DNA of 64,000 nucleotides from a virus (taxonomy: Duplodnaviria > Caudoviricetes), in the IMG/VR virus record IMGVR_UViG_3300030330_005258, positions 64,001-128,000 of that record; one strand, 5' to 3'. The number at the start of each line of letters is the position of its first letter. Positions within the stretch are counted from its first letter, which is position 1. Below, piece after piece: positions 9,497 through 17,877 of the stretch. The translations under genes and the position numbers were made by a program. The notes under the pieces are model-generated. The model searched no databases. It saw nothing but the letters and a program-made list of their open reading frames with translations, and was not told the origin of the DNA.

Positions 9497-10480
9497 ATGA
9501 TTAATGATTTGAATAACGCAAAGGTGCTTGTTACCGGAGGCACCGGTATGATTGGTAGGTATTTGGTAGACAAACTTCTTGCAAGAGGCTGCGAAGTAAC
9601 TGTTGTATCCCTCGATGACCCCGAGGGCTTGCCAGAGCCTGTAAAGTTTATGAAACTGGACTTAACAATTCTGGATAACTGCCTTAAGGCGTGCGAGGGA
9701 CAAGACTACGTTTTTAATTTAATTGGCATCAAGGGATCTCCAAAAATGTCTAGAGAGCGACCTGCCAGTTTTATGGTCCCCATGCTAATGTTTAACACAG
9801 CCATGATGGAAGCTGCCATGCGCAGTAACGTGAAATGGTATCTATACACTAGCTCTGTTGGAGTCTATCATCCTGCTGAAGTGTTCAAAGAGGATGATGT
9901 GTGGAAGACTTTTCCGTCTGACAACGACAAGCACCCCGGCTGGGCAAAGAGAATTGGAGAACTTCAGGCTGATGCATATCGTATACAATACGGTAGAAAC
10001 AATATATCAATTGTTAGACCAGCTAACGTATATGGCAAGTGGGACAACTTTGATCCAGAGAATGCCATGGTTATACCATCACTTATAAACAGAATAGTGT
10101 CAGGAGAATCTCCTCTTGTATGTTGGGGCGATGGAAAGCCAATTAGAGATTTCATTTATGCTGGTGATTGCGCCGATGGTATGATTCACATGGTTGAAAA
10201 TGGAGTGACAGATCCTGTAAATTTGGGTAGTGGTGACGGAGTATCAATTAAAGAAGTTGCAGAAGCTATCAGAGATTGTTATAATAAAGATATAGAGATT
10301 GAATGGGATATTACCAAGCCCAAAGGGGACGCCCGCCGCCTAATGGATACTACAAGAGCAGAGTCAAATGGTTTTGTCTGTAGTACACACCTAGTTGACG
10401 GCATTAGAGAAACGCTCCAATGGTTCTTGGAAAATAGAGATCTCTACAAGAAAAGAAACAATTACTTTGTAAAGGACTGA
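9497..10480 (+). CDS. NAD(P)-dependent sugar epimerase/reductase (extended SDR), catalytic Tyr absent
   Basis: TGGTGMIG, RPANVYG, WGDG.PIRDFIY, NLGSG; YxxxK position reads PGWAK. Confidence 0.85.
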   Translation: MINDLNNAKVLVTGGTGMIGRYLVDKLLARGCEVTVVSLDDPEGLPEPVKFMKLDLTILDNCLKACEGQDYVFNLIGIKGSPKMSRERPASFMVPMLMFNTAMMEAAMRSNVKWYLYTSSVGVYHPAEVFKEDDVWKTFPSDNDKHPGWAKRIGELQADAYRIQYGRNNISIVRPANVYGKWDNFDPENAMVIPSLINRIVSGESPLVCWGDGKPIRDFIYAGDCADGMIHMVENGVTDPVNLGSGDGVSIKEVAEAIRDCYNKDIEIEWDITKPKGDARRLMDTTRAESNGFVCSTHLVDGIRETLQWFLENRDLYKKRNNYFVKD

Positions 10481-10481
10481 C

Positions 10482-10994
10482 ATGATAATAAAAGACACTA
10501 AGTTGCAGGGAGTAAAACTTATAATCCCTGATAGATTTGAAGACCATCGAGGATCTTACATGGAGCTTTATGATTCAAAAAATTTTGAATCAATTACGAG
10601 TGAGTGTTTTATTCAAGATGATATTTCAATTTCAAACAAGGGTGTCTTGAGGGGGCTTCATGGCGATTGGAGAACTACAAAAATAGTCACAGTTATAAAC
10701 GGCTCGGGCTATGCGCTGATAGCAGATAACCGCCCATCCTCGCCCACCTATAAACAATGGCAGTCCTTTACCCTCAGTAAGCAAAATAAGCAAATGCTTC
10801 TGCTTCCTGCCGGCATTGGCAATTCAATATTAGCTCTTGAAGATAATATGATTTATTATTACAAGCAAAATACACATTTTGTAGATGGGCAACAATTTAC
10901 AATAAAGTGGGACAGCCCCGAGTGGGACTTTTGGTGGCCAATCAAAGAGCCAATTTTGTCCATGAGAGACCAGAGAGGCGATTATGTCAAATAA
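10482..10994 (+). CDS. rmlC: dTDP-4-dehydrorhamnose 3,5-epimerase family (RmlC-like cupin)
   Basis: FEDHRG, QDDISIS..GVLRGLH, DNRPSSPTY.QW, W..PIKEPILS.RD. Confidence 0.85.
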   Translation: MIIKDTKLQGVKLIIPDRFEDHRGSYMELYDSKNFESITSECFIQDDISISNKGVLRGLHGDWRTTKIVTVINGSGYALIADNRPSSPTYKQWQSFTLSKQNKQMLLLPAGIGNSILALEDNMIYYYKQNTHFVDGQQFTIKWDSPEWDFWWPIKEPILSMRDQRGDYVK

Positions 10995-11997
10995 AAATTG
11001 TATTATTACGGGCATAACAGGCATGGTTGGCTCTCATTTGGCTGACTACTTGCTTGAAAATACAGATTGGGAAGTTCATGGCTTGACCCGATGGAATGAC
11101 AGGATGGACAATATTGAGCACCTGATGCAGCGGATAAACAAGAAGGATAGAATCCATCTACAGTATGGTGATATAAATGATTTAAGCTCAATGTTGGCTG
11201 TGTTTGATAGAGTCAAACCAGATTATGTTTTTCACTTAGCAGCACAGAGCTATCCAAAGACAAGCTTTGAGTCGCCTCTAGAAACTCTTGAGACAAATAT
11301 ACTTGGAACTGCTAAAGTTTTAGATGCCATAAAGACTCTTAGTTTGGAACCGGTAATTCATGTCTGTGCTTCATCTGAAGTATTTGGCAGAGTGCCAAAA
11401 GAGTTTCTACCAATACACGAAGATGTACAATTTCATCCAGCCTCACCCTATGCTATTTCAAAAGTTGGAACAGATCTTATTGGCAGGTTTTACGCCGAGG
11501 CGTATGGATTAAAAGTTATGACAACTCGCATGTTCACACACACTGGTCCACGCAGGGGCGACGTCTTTGCGGAGTCTACATTTGCTAAACAAATAGCTAT
11601 GATAGAAGCAGGACTACAGGAGCCAACCATAAAGGTTGGTAACCTTGACTCTTTGAGAACGTGGTCAGATGTTAGAGATGCCGTTCGCGCTTACCACATG
11701 TTGGTGACAAACAATCCAATCGCCGGAGAATATTATAACATTGGAGGCACGTTTAGTTGTACAGTTAGGGAAATGTTAGAATATTTGATTTCTCTTTCTA
11801 CTGTTAAAAATATATCAATTGAAACTGACCCCGATAGGTTACGACCAATTGATGCCGACTTGCAGGTACCAGATACTTCAAAGTTCAAAAATCATACAGG
11901 GTGGGAGCCGGAAATCTCATTTGAAAAAACAATGCAAGATTTACTTAACTACTGGCGTGATAATGTCAACAACGGCAGAAGGTTCTTAAGTAGATGA
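10984..11997 (+). CDS. gmd: GDP-mannose 4,6-dehydratase family
   Basis: ITGITGMVGSHL, HLAAQS, SSEVFG, intact PYAISK, GNLDSLR.WSDVRD, RLRPID. Confidence 0.85.
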   Translation: MSNKNCIITGITGMVGSHLADYLLENTDWEVHGLTRWNDRMDNIEHLMQRINKKDRIHLQYGDINDLSSMLAVFDRVKPDYVFHLAAQSYPKTSFESPLETLETNILGTAKVLDAIKTLSLEPVIHVCASSEVFGRVPKEFLPIHEDVQFHPASPYAISKVGTDLIGRFYAEAYGLKVMTTRMFTHTGPRRGDVFAESTFAKQIAMIEAGLQEPTIKVGNLDSLRTWSDVRDAVRAYHMLVTNNPIAGEYYNIGGTFSCTVREMLEYLISLSTVKNISIETDPDRLRPIDADLQVPDTSKFKNHTGWEPEISFEKTMQDLLNYWRDNVNNGRRFLSR

Positions 11998-12725
11998 GTA
12001 TTTTAGTAATAGGGGAAAGTTGTAACGATATTTTTCATTATGGTGTTTGTAATAGGCTTTGTCCAGAAGCCCCCGTACCAGTTTTCAATTCCTCCAAGGT
12101 AGTAAATAACGGTGGCATGGCAATGAATGTTTATAGTAATTTGTTATCTTTAGGATCTAATGTACAAATCCACACTAACTCAAATTGGAAAAACATAACA
12201 AAAACACGATTTGTTGATAGAAGAACAAATCACATGTTTATGAGACTAGACGAACGCGATGATGAATATGGAAAAATAAATTTAAAAGATCTTGAATTAA
12301 AAAATTATGATGCAGTGATAGTATCTGATTACAATAAAGGATTTATGTCCGAGAGTGATATAAGTTATATTTCTAAAAATTCAAAGTTAAGTTTTCTAGA
12401 TACTAAAAAGAAGCTTGGCTCTTGGTGTGATGATTTTTCATTTATAAAAATAAATCATCTAGAATATGAAAGAACAAAAAACACAATTACTGATAAGGTG
12501 TTAAAAAAGTTGATAGTAACGCGAGGACCTCGCGGCTGTGTCTACAAAGGCAAGACTTACGGTGTCGAGTTGGTAGAGGTTAAAGACACTTCTGGCGCTG
12601 GCGATACTTTTATAGCAGCACTTTGCTTTAAATATTGCCTTACAGGCGACATAGACAAATCAATACAGTTTGCCAATCAATGCTCAACCACAGTTGTGCA
12701 AAAGATGGGAGTTGTTACAATATGA
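11994..12725 (+). CDS. PfkB-family sugar-phosphate kinase (HldE/RfaE domain I-like)
   Basis: RLCPEAPVPV, GGMAMNV, KTRF, VSDYNKG, KIN..E, DTSGAGDTF. Confidence 0.88.
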   Translation: MSILVIGESCNDIFHYGVCNRLCPEAPVPVFNSSKVVNNGGMAMNVYSNLLSLGSNVQIHTNSNWKNITKTRFVDRRTNHMFMRLDERDDEYGKINLKDLELKNYDAVIVSDYNKGFMSESDISYISKNSKLSFLDTKKKLGSWCDDFSFIKINHLEYERTKNTITDKVLKKLIVTRGPRGCVYKGKTYGVELVEVKDTSGAGDTFIAALCFKYCLTGDIDKSIQFANQCSTTVVQKMGVVTI

Positions 12726-13114
12726 AAATAGTTTGGACAAACGGTTGTTTTGATGTCCTTCATCGCGGACACATAGAATTATTCAAATATGCCAAATCTC
12801 TTGGAGATTATTTGGTTGTTGGTATTGACACCGATGAAAGAGTTAAGGCTGCCAAAGGCGACACGCGCCCGTTTAACACTATAGAAGACAGGGTTGCGAT
12901 GCTTGAGTCAATTAAATACATTGATGAAATAAGAGTGTTTGACCACGATGATGAACTGGATACACAGGTTCTTTTAAGTCGCGCCGAAACAATGGTAGTG
13001 GGCTCTGACTATAAAGATAGGCAAGTAATTGGTTCCAGACATGTGCGAGAGGTAAAATTTTTTGATAGGATAGACGGGTACTCAACAACTAAAATTTTAG
13101 TGGGATTGCAATGA
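12722..13114 (+). CDS. Nucleotidyltransferase (HldE/RfaE domain II-like cytidylyltransferase fold)
   Basis: TNGCFDVLHRGH, VGIDTD..V...KG..RP, GSDY, GYSTT; ATGA overlap supports the start at 12722. Confidence 0.88.
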   Translation: MKIVWTNGCFDVLHRGHIELFKYAKSLGDYLVVGIDTDERVKAAKGDTRPFNTIEDRVAMLESIKYIDEIRVFDHDDELDTQVLLSRAETMVVGSDYKDRQVIGSRHVREVKFFDRIDGYSTTKILVGLQ

Positions 13115-13437
13115 CTTATGTTTTTGATATAGACGGAACCATATGTTCCAAAACAGACGGAGACTATACACAAGCAAAACCTTTTCATGATAGAATCAAG
13201 AAAGTGAATCGCCTTTATGATGAAGGGCACATGATTATCTTCTTAACCGCAAGAGGAATGGGAAGACATAATAATAATTTTCTTAATGCACAGAGGGACT
13301 TTTATGACTTCACTCTAGCGCAGTTAAAGCATTGGGGTGCGAAACACCACCAACTGTTTCTAGGTAAGCCATCCGGCGACTATTACATTGATGATAAGGG
13401 AATAAATGATGAAGACTTCTTCAACACAGGAAATTAA
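13111..13437 (+). CDS. HAD-superfamily phosphatase (capsule-biosynthesis type)
   Basis: FDIDGTIC, TARG, GKP..DYYIDDK. Confidence 0.85.
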   Translation: MTYVFDIDGTICSKTDGDYTQAKPFHDRIKKVNRLYDEGHMIIFLTARGMGRHNNNFLNAQRDFYDFTLAQLKHWGAKHHQLFLGKPSGDYYIDDKGINDEDFFNTGN

Positions 13438-13774
13438 ATTTGTACCCAAAGGCTGGGGCTTTGAAAAGTGGATTGTCAATAATGAAGAATATTGTGGCAA
13501 GCTGCTTTACTTTGTGAAAGGAAAAAGGTGTTCATGGCATTATCACAAATTAAAAGATGAAGTATTTTATGTCCAATCAGGAAAAATACAAGTTTTTTAT
13601 GGCGAAGGCGACAATATACTAGATAGTAATGTCGTGGTATTAGAAAAAGGCGATAACTTTCATGTATATCGCGGATTAAGACACCAAATGTTAGCGCTTG
13701 AAGACACAGAACTATTTGAGTTTTCAACTCAACATTTTGACAGTGACAGTTACAGAATTCAAAAAGGAGATTGA
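13406..13774 (+). CDS. Cupin, sugar isomerase-like (mannose-6-P / lyxose isomerase-like)
   Basis: VPKGWGFE.W, SWHYH..KDE.FYV..G, H.M.A.ED..LFEFST. Confidence 0.75.
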   Translation: MMKTSSTQEIKFVPKGWGFEKWIVNNEEYCGKLLYFVKGKRCSWHYHKLKDEVFYVQSGKIQVFYGEGDNILDSNVVVLEKGDNFHVYRGLRHQMLALEDTELFEFSTQHFDSDSYRIQKGD

Positions 13775-13775
13775 C

Positions 13776-13997
13776 ATGAGTAACGGAACGTTTAAATTAT
13801 CAAATCAGGCACTTGGGGCTGTAATGATGGCTCTACAGGAGTCACTACTAAATGAATTGGACATTGTTCCAATCTTAAAGGGCTTTGAGCTTGCACAGGG
13901 CGAAGATGGTTTGGTTGTGACAAACCCACCAACCGTCCGCGTCAGCAACAACAAGCCAATCACAGAACAAGACTTAAAGACGATGGCGGGCGAGTAG
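13776..13997 (+). CDS. Hypothetical phage protein
   Basis: AAGGAG SD before ATG 13776; abuts the next gene. Confidence 0.7.
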   Translation: MSNGTFKLSNQALGAVMMALQESLLNELDIVPILKGFELAQGEDGLVVTNPPTVRVSNNKPITEQDLKTMAGE

Positions 13998-14252
13998 TTG
14001 CCCCGCTATCGCTATATGTGTGAAGACTGCGAGCAAGAGTTCGTAGCCTTTCATTCGCTTTCAGATACACAGGACTCTTGCACCCTGTGTGGTCACGAGA
14101 GCATCACAAAAATGGTAGGCAAGCCCATAGTCCTTAACAAAAAATTGACAAATTCTGGGGACACTGGGAGCCTTACAAACGAATATATTGAAGCCAACCG
14201 CGAGCTTCTAAAAGATATGAAGGAGGAAGCTAGCAATGGATTTTATGAGTAG
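13998..14252 (+). CDS. FmdB-like zinc-ribbon protein
   Basis: TTG start, MPRYRY.CEDC...F...CTLCG. Confidence 0.75.
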   Translation: MPRYRYMCEDCEQEFVAFHSLSDTQDSCTLCGHESITKMVGKPIVLNKKLTNSGDTGSLTNEYIEANRELLKDMKEEASNGFYE

Positions 14253-14568
14253 GCTTGAGATGGTGCTATCACTTATACTGTTGGTATCACTTGGTATCAA
14301 TGTTTTGCTGTTTGTGTATTCTCGCAACGTAGCGCAAAAGCTTGTAATGATCTCTGCGGAGATTGATGATATGCGTGCTGCTGTAGCTAGCTTCGCCTCA
14401 CACGTAAAGACCGTCTATGAAATGGAAATGTTCTATGGCGACCAAACATTGCAAGCACTAATGGATCATGCTCGTTCATTTCGAGAATACATGGAAGAGT
14501 TTGATTTCATATACATACCAGAGGATGAAGAGGAAGATGCCGAGACGCAGCAGATCGAAGAAGTCTAA
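14236..14568 (+). CDS. Hypothetical membrane-anchored coiled-coil protein
   Basis: N-terminal hydrophobic helix (VLSLILLVSLGINVLLFVY) and acidic tail; GGAGG SD. Confidence 0.65.
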   Translation: MDFMSRLEMVLSLILLVSLGINVLLFVYSRNVAQKLVMISAEIDDMRAAVASFASHVKTVYEMEMFYGDQTLQALMDHARSFREYMEEFDFIYIPEDEEEDAETQQIEEV

Positions 14569-15229
14569 TCATTATTTTACGAAAGATCACGAGAACGCAA
14601 TAATAGAATATTGTTCAACTGACTGTAATAAGAAAAAGACAGAAATATATGTAAAGATGTTACAGCCAGCTTTCAGTGAGATGGTAGACAAAATAGTATT
14701 CACATACAAGTTTACAACACTACCAAATATAGACATATTGAGGGACGAGTGCAAGATATGGCTCATGACCATACTCGATAAGTTCCAGCCCGATAAGGGG
14801 CACAAAGCGTTTTCGTATTTTTCAGTGATTACAAAAAACTGGTTTATTCACAAGGTCAAGAAACAAAAACGCAAGAATTTGAGAGAGGTAGACTATGATG
14901 CCGCCCCAAAGAGATATGAACAAGAATACCTTGCGACAGAGCAGACCTGGGTTACTGACCAATTAGAGCGAGAGTTTTGGAAGTCTTTCTACGAGGACAT
15001 GAAGACTTGGGAGTCAAATGATATGCGCGATAATGACGAGCGCGTATACAAGGCAATCATCGTTCTATTTGAGAGCAAAGACGATATAGAAATTTTTAAC
15101 AAAAAAGCTATTTACCTATACCTGCGCGAGATCACTGGTCTTAATACAAAGCAGGTTGTAAATTCCCTAAACAAGTTTAGGGAGCACTACAGGGACTTTA
15201 GGTCCGATTGGGAAAACGGCAAGATATGA
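14537..15229 (+). CDS. Phage late-transcription sigma factor (T4 gp55-like)
   Basis: HYF..HE.AI..Y; region-2-like KFQPDKGHKAFSYFSVITKNWF; sits at the head of the structural genes. Confidence 0.72.
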   Translation: MPRRSRSKKSNHYFTKDHENAIIEYCSTDCNKKKTEIYVKMLQPAFSEMVDKIVFTYKFTTLPNIDILRDECKIWLMTILDKFQPDKGHKAFSYFSVITKNWFIHKVKKQKRKNLREVDYDAAPKRYEQEYLATEQTWVTDQLEREFWKSFYEDMKTWESNDMRDNDERVYKAIIVLFESKDDIEIFNKKAIYLYLREITGLNTKQVVNSLNKFREHYRDFRSDWENGKI

Positions 15230-15513
15230 ACAACGAATTTGACGATTTGATGGATGAGGCAATAGAAAACATACGGAACGATCGCGATACTGCGAAAGAG
15301 TTCCTTAATGAATTAGCCAACCAGATCGCTCAAAATGCAGAGAACAACCGAGCCCTGTCTCCTGTGGCTGCGAAGCACATTGAAACTATGCAGCGCTCCA
15401 ATGAGCAGTTAGTAAAAGTGCTGACTCTGAAACAAAAAGAGAGAACAAAAGAAATTGGTCTAACAGATGAAGACAAGGCTAGTCTTTTTGATATGATTCA
15501 GGGAGATGCCTAA
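15226..15513 (+). CDS. Helical phage protein, possibly terminase small subunit-like
   Basis: All-helical, SPVAAKHIETMQRSNEQLVKVL; ATGA-coupled to the sigma gene. Confidence 0.45.
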   Translation: MNNEFDDLMDEAIENIRNDRDTAKEFLNELANQIAQNAENNRALSPVAAKHIETMQRSNEQLVKVLTLKQKERTKEIGLTDEDKASLFDMIQGDA

Positions 15514-16838
15514 TGGCACGTCGCAAGAATTATTACGCCTTTACTGACTTCAATTATACGGACGGTGCAGCAGAGCTTTTCAACAATACGATTAGGAATG
15601 CTTTTGAATATGATGCGTTTAATAGTGACATATTCACGGCGAAAGTATTACACAAGGCACCGACATCAGATCCTGAGAAATTTCTATACAGAATTAGGAT
15701 TATGGGCAACTTGTCGCCACACAGATTTATAGAAGATCCGTGCAGTTTATCATCAGCTATTGTTGAAGACCAGAAACAAATAATAAATAATTTGTTAAGT
15801 CTCCACACAAAACTTATTAGCACAGAAGTGCTAGATAAATCTGACATACTTAAAGTAAGACTGAATAGAAGCGGTCAGTCTTTTGACTTAGTTGAAGCAG
15901 CACAATTGGTTAGTGTTGAGAGGCGAGCAGGCACCGACGCGCACCTCTTGGACGGCTCTGAACTCGCAGAATTTAAAAGTTGCAGTGAGTTGTTTGACAA
16001 GGCAGCAACTTTTGACGAAAGCGTTGCAGGCGAGGTACCACCCGCACCTATAGGCGAGCCTATGGACCAAGCCACACTAGACATAATGATGCAAGATTTT
16101 TATGATACTTTCAGAGGCTTTTTAATACGACAGGGCTATAAAGCAGCAGATATTGGAAACGGCTCTAGATCTAGAACAACGCTTGAGGGAAGACAAATGA
16201 TTATGAGGTTTGCTGAAGATTACGGCTTGCCCGAAGCAGCCGAGATTAAAAAAACCCATCCAGCCGCTACCAGCGGCAAAAGATTTTCTAATCTTGACGA
16301 AACTGTATTGACTAAAGAGTTAACAGAGACCATAAGAAAAAAATTAAAAGCCCAAGGTTTAAAGATCGCACAGCCAGAATTGAGCAGCCATAATCCAAAC
16401 AATGGATACGTTGCGATGGACTTTCAATTGTTAAATCAACCTAAGCCATCATTTGCTTTATTGGCAGATTTAGCGGAACAATTCAAGTCTGATGATACTT
16501 ATTCCACGATGCACTTGGAGATTTACCGCACTGTTTTGGAACCTACTAACGGTAACGCTAAGTGTGGCACTGGTAAATGCGGCGTCGTGCATTTTGATAT
16601 GCTGCCGACTGATGCGGTACGTGCAGAGTATATGAGAAATTATTCCACAGTCAACCCATATGTAGAGGTCGCCGAAGATGAATATGCAGATCCAGATCTT
16701 CAATCTGAGATTGATAAGTTATACAAGGATGAGGACCCGCCAACATCGGCAACAGATCCATCATCAACGGATCCTTTCGACCCAGCAAACACCCAAGAAA
16801 GCGCCCCCGCCGACCCCTATGCAACATCTCCATCATGA
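15513..16838 (+). CDS. Baseplate-region protein with putative M15/LAS-type Zn peptidase domain
   Basis: GSRSR...SSHNPNNGYVAMDF...VVHFD pattern; low-complexity D/P/T/S tail; lies before the hub/spike gene. Confidence 0.5.
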   Translation: MARRKNYYAFTDFNYTDGAAELFNNTIRNAFEYDAFNSDIFTAKVLHKAPTSDPEKFLYRIRIMGNLSPHRFIEDPCSLSSAIVEDQKQIINNLLSLHTKLISTEVLDKSDILKVRLNRSGQSFDLVEAAQLVSVERRAGTDAHLLDGSELAEFKSCSELFDKAATFDESVAGEVPPAPIGEPMDQATLDIMMQDFYDTFRGFLIRQGYKAADIGNGSRSRTTLEGRQMIMRFAEDYGLPEAAEIKKTHPAATSGKRFSNLDETVLTKELTETIRKKLKAQGLKIAQPELSSHNPNNGYVAMDFQLLNQPKPSFALLADLAEQFKSDDTYSTMHLEIYRTVLEPTNGNAKCGTGKCGVVHFDMLPTDAVRAEYMRNYSTVNPYVEVAEDEYADPDLQSEIDKLYKDEDPPTSATDPSSTDPFDPANTQESAPADPYATSPS

Positions 16839-16852
16839 TTTAAGGAACAACA

Positions 16853-17860
16853 ATGGCTAGATCAAAAAAAGTAAGTATTATTGACCCATCAAAATTTTCT
16901 GGTTTAAAAAAAGAACAAGCTAAGGAAATTCAACGCCAAGTAGATATGATGTCTGAAAAAGACGTTGTAAACCAAATACCACCAAACCTAAGTGGATTAT
17001 ACAATACCAAAAAATTAGATATTGAAATAAATTATAATTCAAGTCCTAATGAAAAGGTAATTAAACACAACGGCGCCTTCATTACATTTGGGGCAGATAA
17101 GCCAACTGGCACAGCTAGTGGCTATGGCGGCAAGGGCGCCATGGGTGCAAACAGAATTGACTTGGTTGTTGGAAGACAATCAATGGGTAATCCAAAAGAT
17201 GGTACAACGTCAGATAACAGCTTCCAAGCAGATGCTGCAAGAATATATATTTCTCAGCTAACTGACATTGATGCCAACTTTGGTATTGATCCTGGCAAAT
17301 CTGGTTTCTTAGAGGCTCGCTCTGGTATAGGGATAAAGGCTGATGGTGTTAGAATTATAGGCAGAGAGGGCGTCAAGATCGTCACGGGTCGTATGCAGGG
17401 TAGCAATGAAAAGAACTCGCTTGGAGGTAAGCTACTACCTGCCCCCACTATCGAACTGATAGCTGGCAATAACACAGAACCCCGCCCGGCTGCTGGCAGC
17501 ATTGGGGCATTCTTTGGAGAAGATGAAGTATTTGATCCGCTCCAGGGAGTTGCGATGGGCGAGAATGTTGTTAAAGCATTCCAAGATTTAATGTTCTTAT
17601 TGCAAGATGTGATAGGCGTTGTAAGAAAGACAAAATTGAACCAAAAAGTATTAAATTTTGCATTTTCAGCGGCTGCGTCTTTGCCCCCTCCCCTCGCGGG
17701 TCCATTTTTGGCTGCTGCTATTGCATTCTATAGCACCAAAGAGGCTACCACAACAATGGAACTGTGGAGGGCAAATATTGATGCCACACTGTTTGACATT
17801 AACTATTGTCAGCCATTTGGCTTCCGCTACATTGAAAGTAGAAATGTCAAATCAACCTAA
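16853..17860 (+). CDS. Baseplate hub/central spike-like protein
   Basis: Beta-rich IDLVVGR, DAARIYISQLTDID.NFGI, GIGIKADGVRIIGREGVKIVTG; context before gp25/gp6. Confidence 0.55.
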   Translation: MARSKKVSIIDPSKFSGLKKEQAKEIQRQVDMMSEKDVVNQIPPNLSGLYNTKKLDIEINYNSSPNEKVIKHNGAFITFGADKPTGTASGYGGKGAMGANRIDLVVGRQSMGNPKDGTTSDNSFQADAARIYISQLTDIDANFGIDPGKSGFLEARSGIGIKADGVRIIGREGVKIVTGRMQGSNEKNSLGGKLLPAPTIELIAGNNTEPRPAAGSIGAFFGEDEVFDPLQGVAMGENVVKAFQDLMFLLQDVIGVVRKTKLNQKVLNFAFSAAASLPPPLAGPFLAAAIAFYSTKEATTTMELWRANIDATLFDINYCQPFGFRYIESRNVKST

Positions 17861-17863
17861 TTA
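17857..17863 (+). promoter_or_regulatory. Putative late promoter CTAATTA
   Basis: 14 nt before the ATG of the 2143-aa gene; overlaps the upstream stop codon. Confidence 0.45.
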
Positions 17864-17877
17864 CTTGAGAGTTTAAA

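Noticed and set aside
12520-12534. Perfect inverted repeat CGCGAGG-A-CCTCGCG
   Set aside because: Inside the kinase CDS (TRGPRG), 1-nt loop, no U-tract; likely chance
1-13774. Interpretation as a bacterial O-antigen/capsule locus flanking a prophage
   Set aside because: No flippase, polymerase, transporter, integrase or att site seen; genes run without a gap into phage-type genes on the same strand. Cannot be fully excluded without upstream sequence
13771-13800. TTGACA -35-like hexamer (also at 41)
   Set aside because: At 13771 it is formed by the stop/start junction TGA-C-ATG, at 41 it lies in coding sequence; no good -10 at 17 nt in either case
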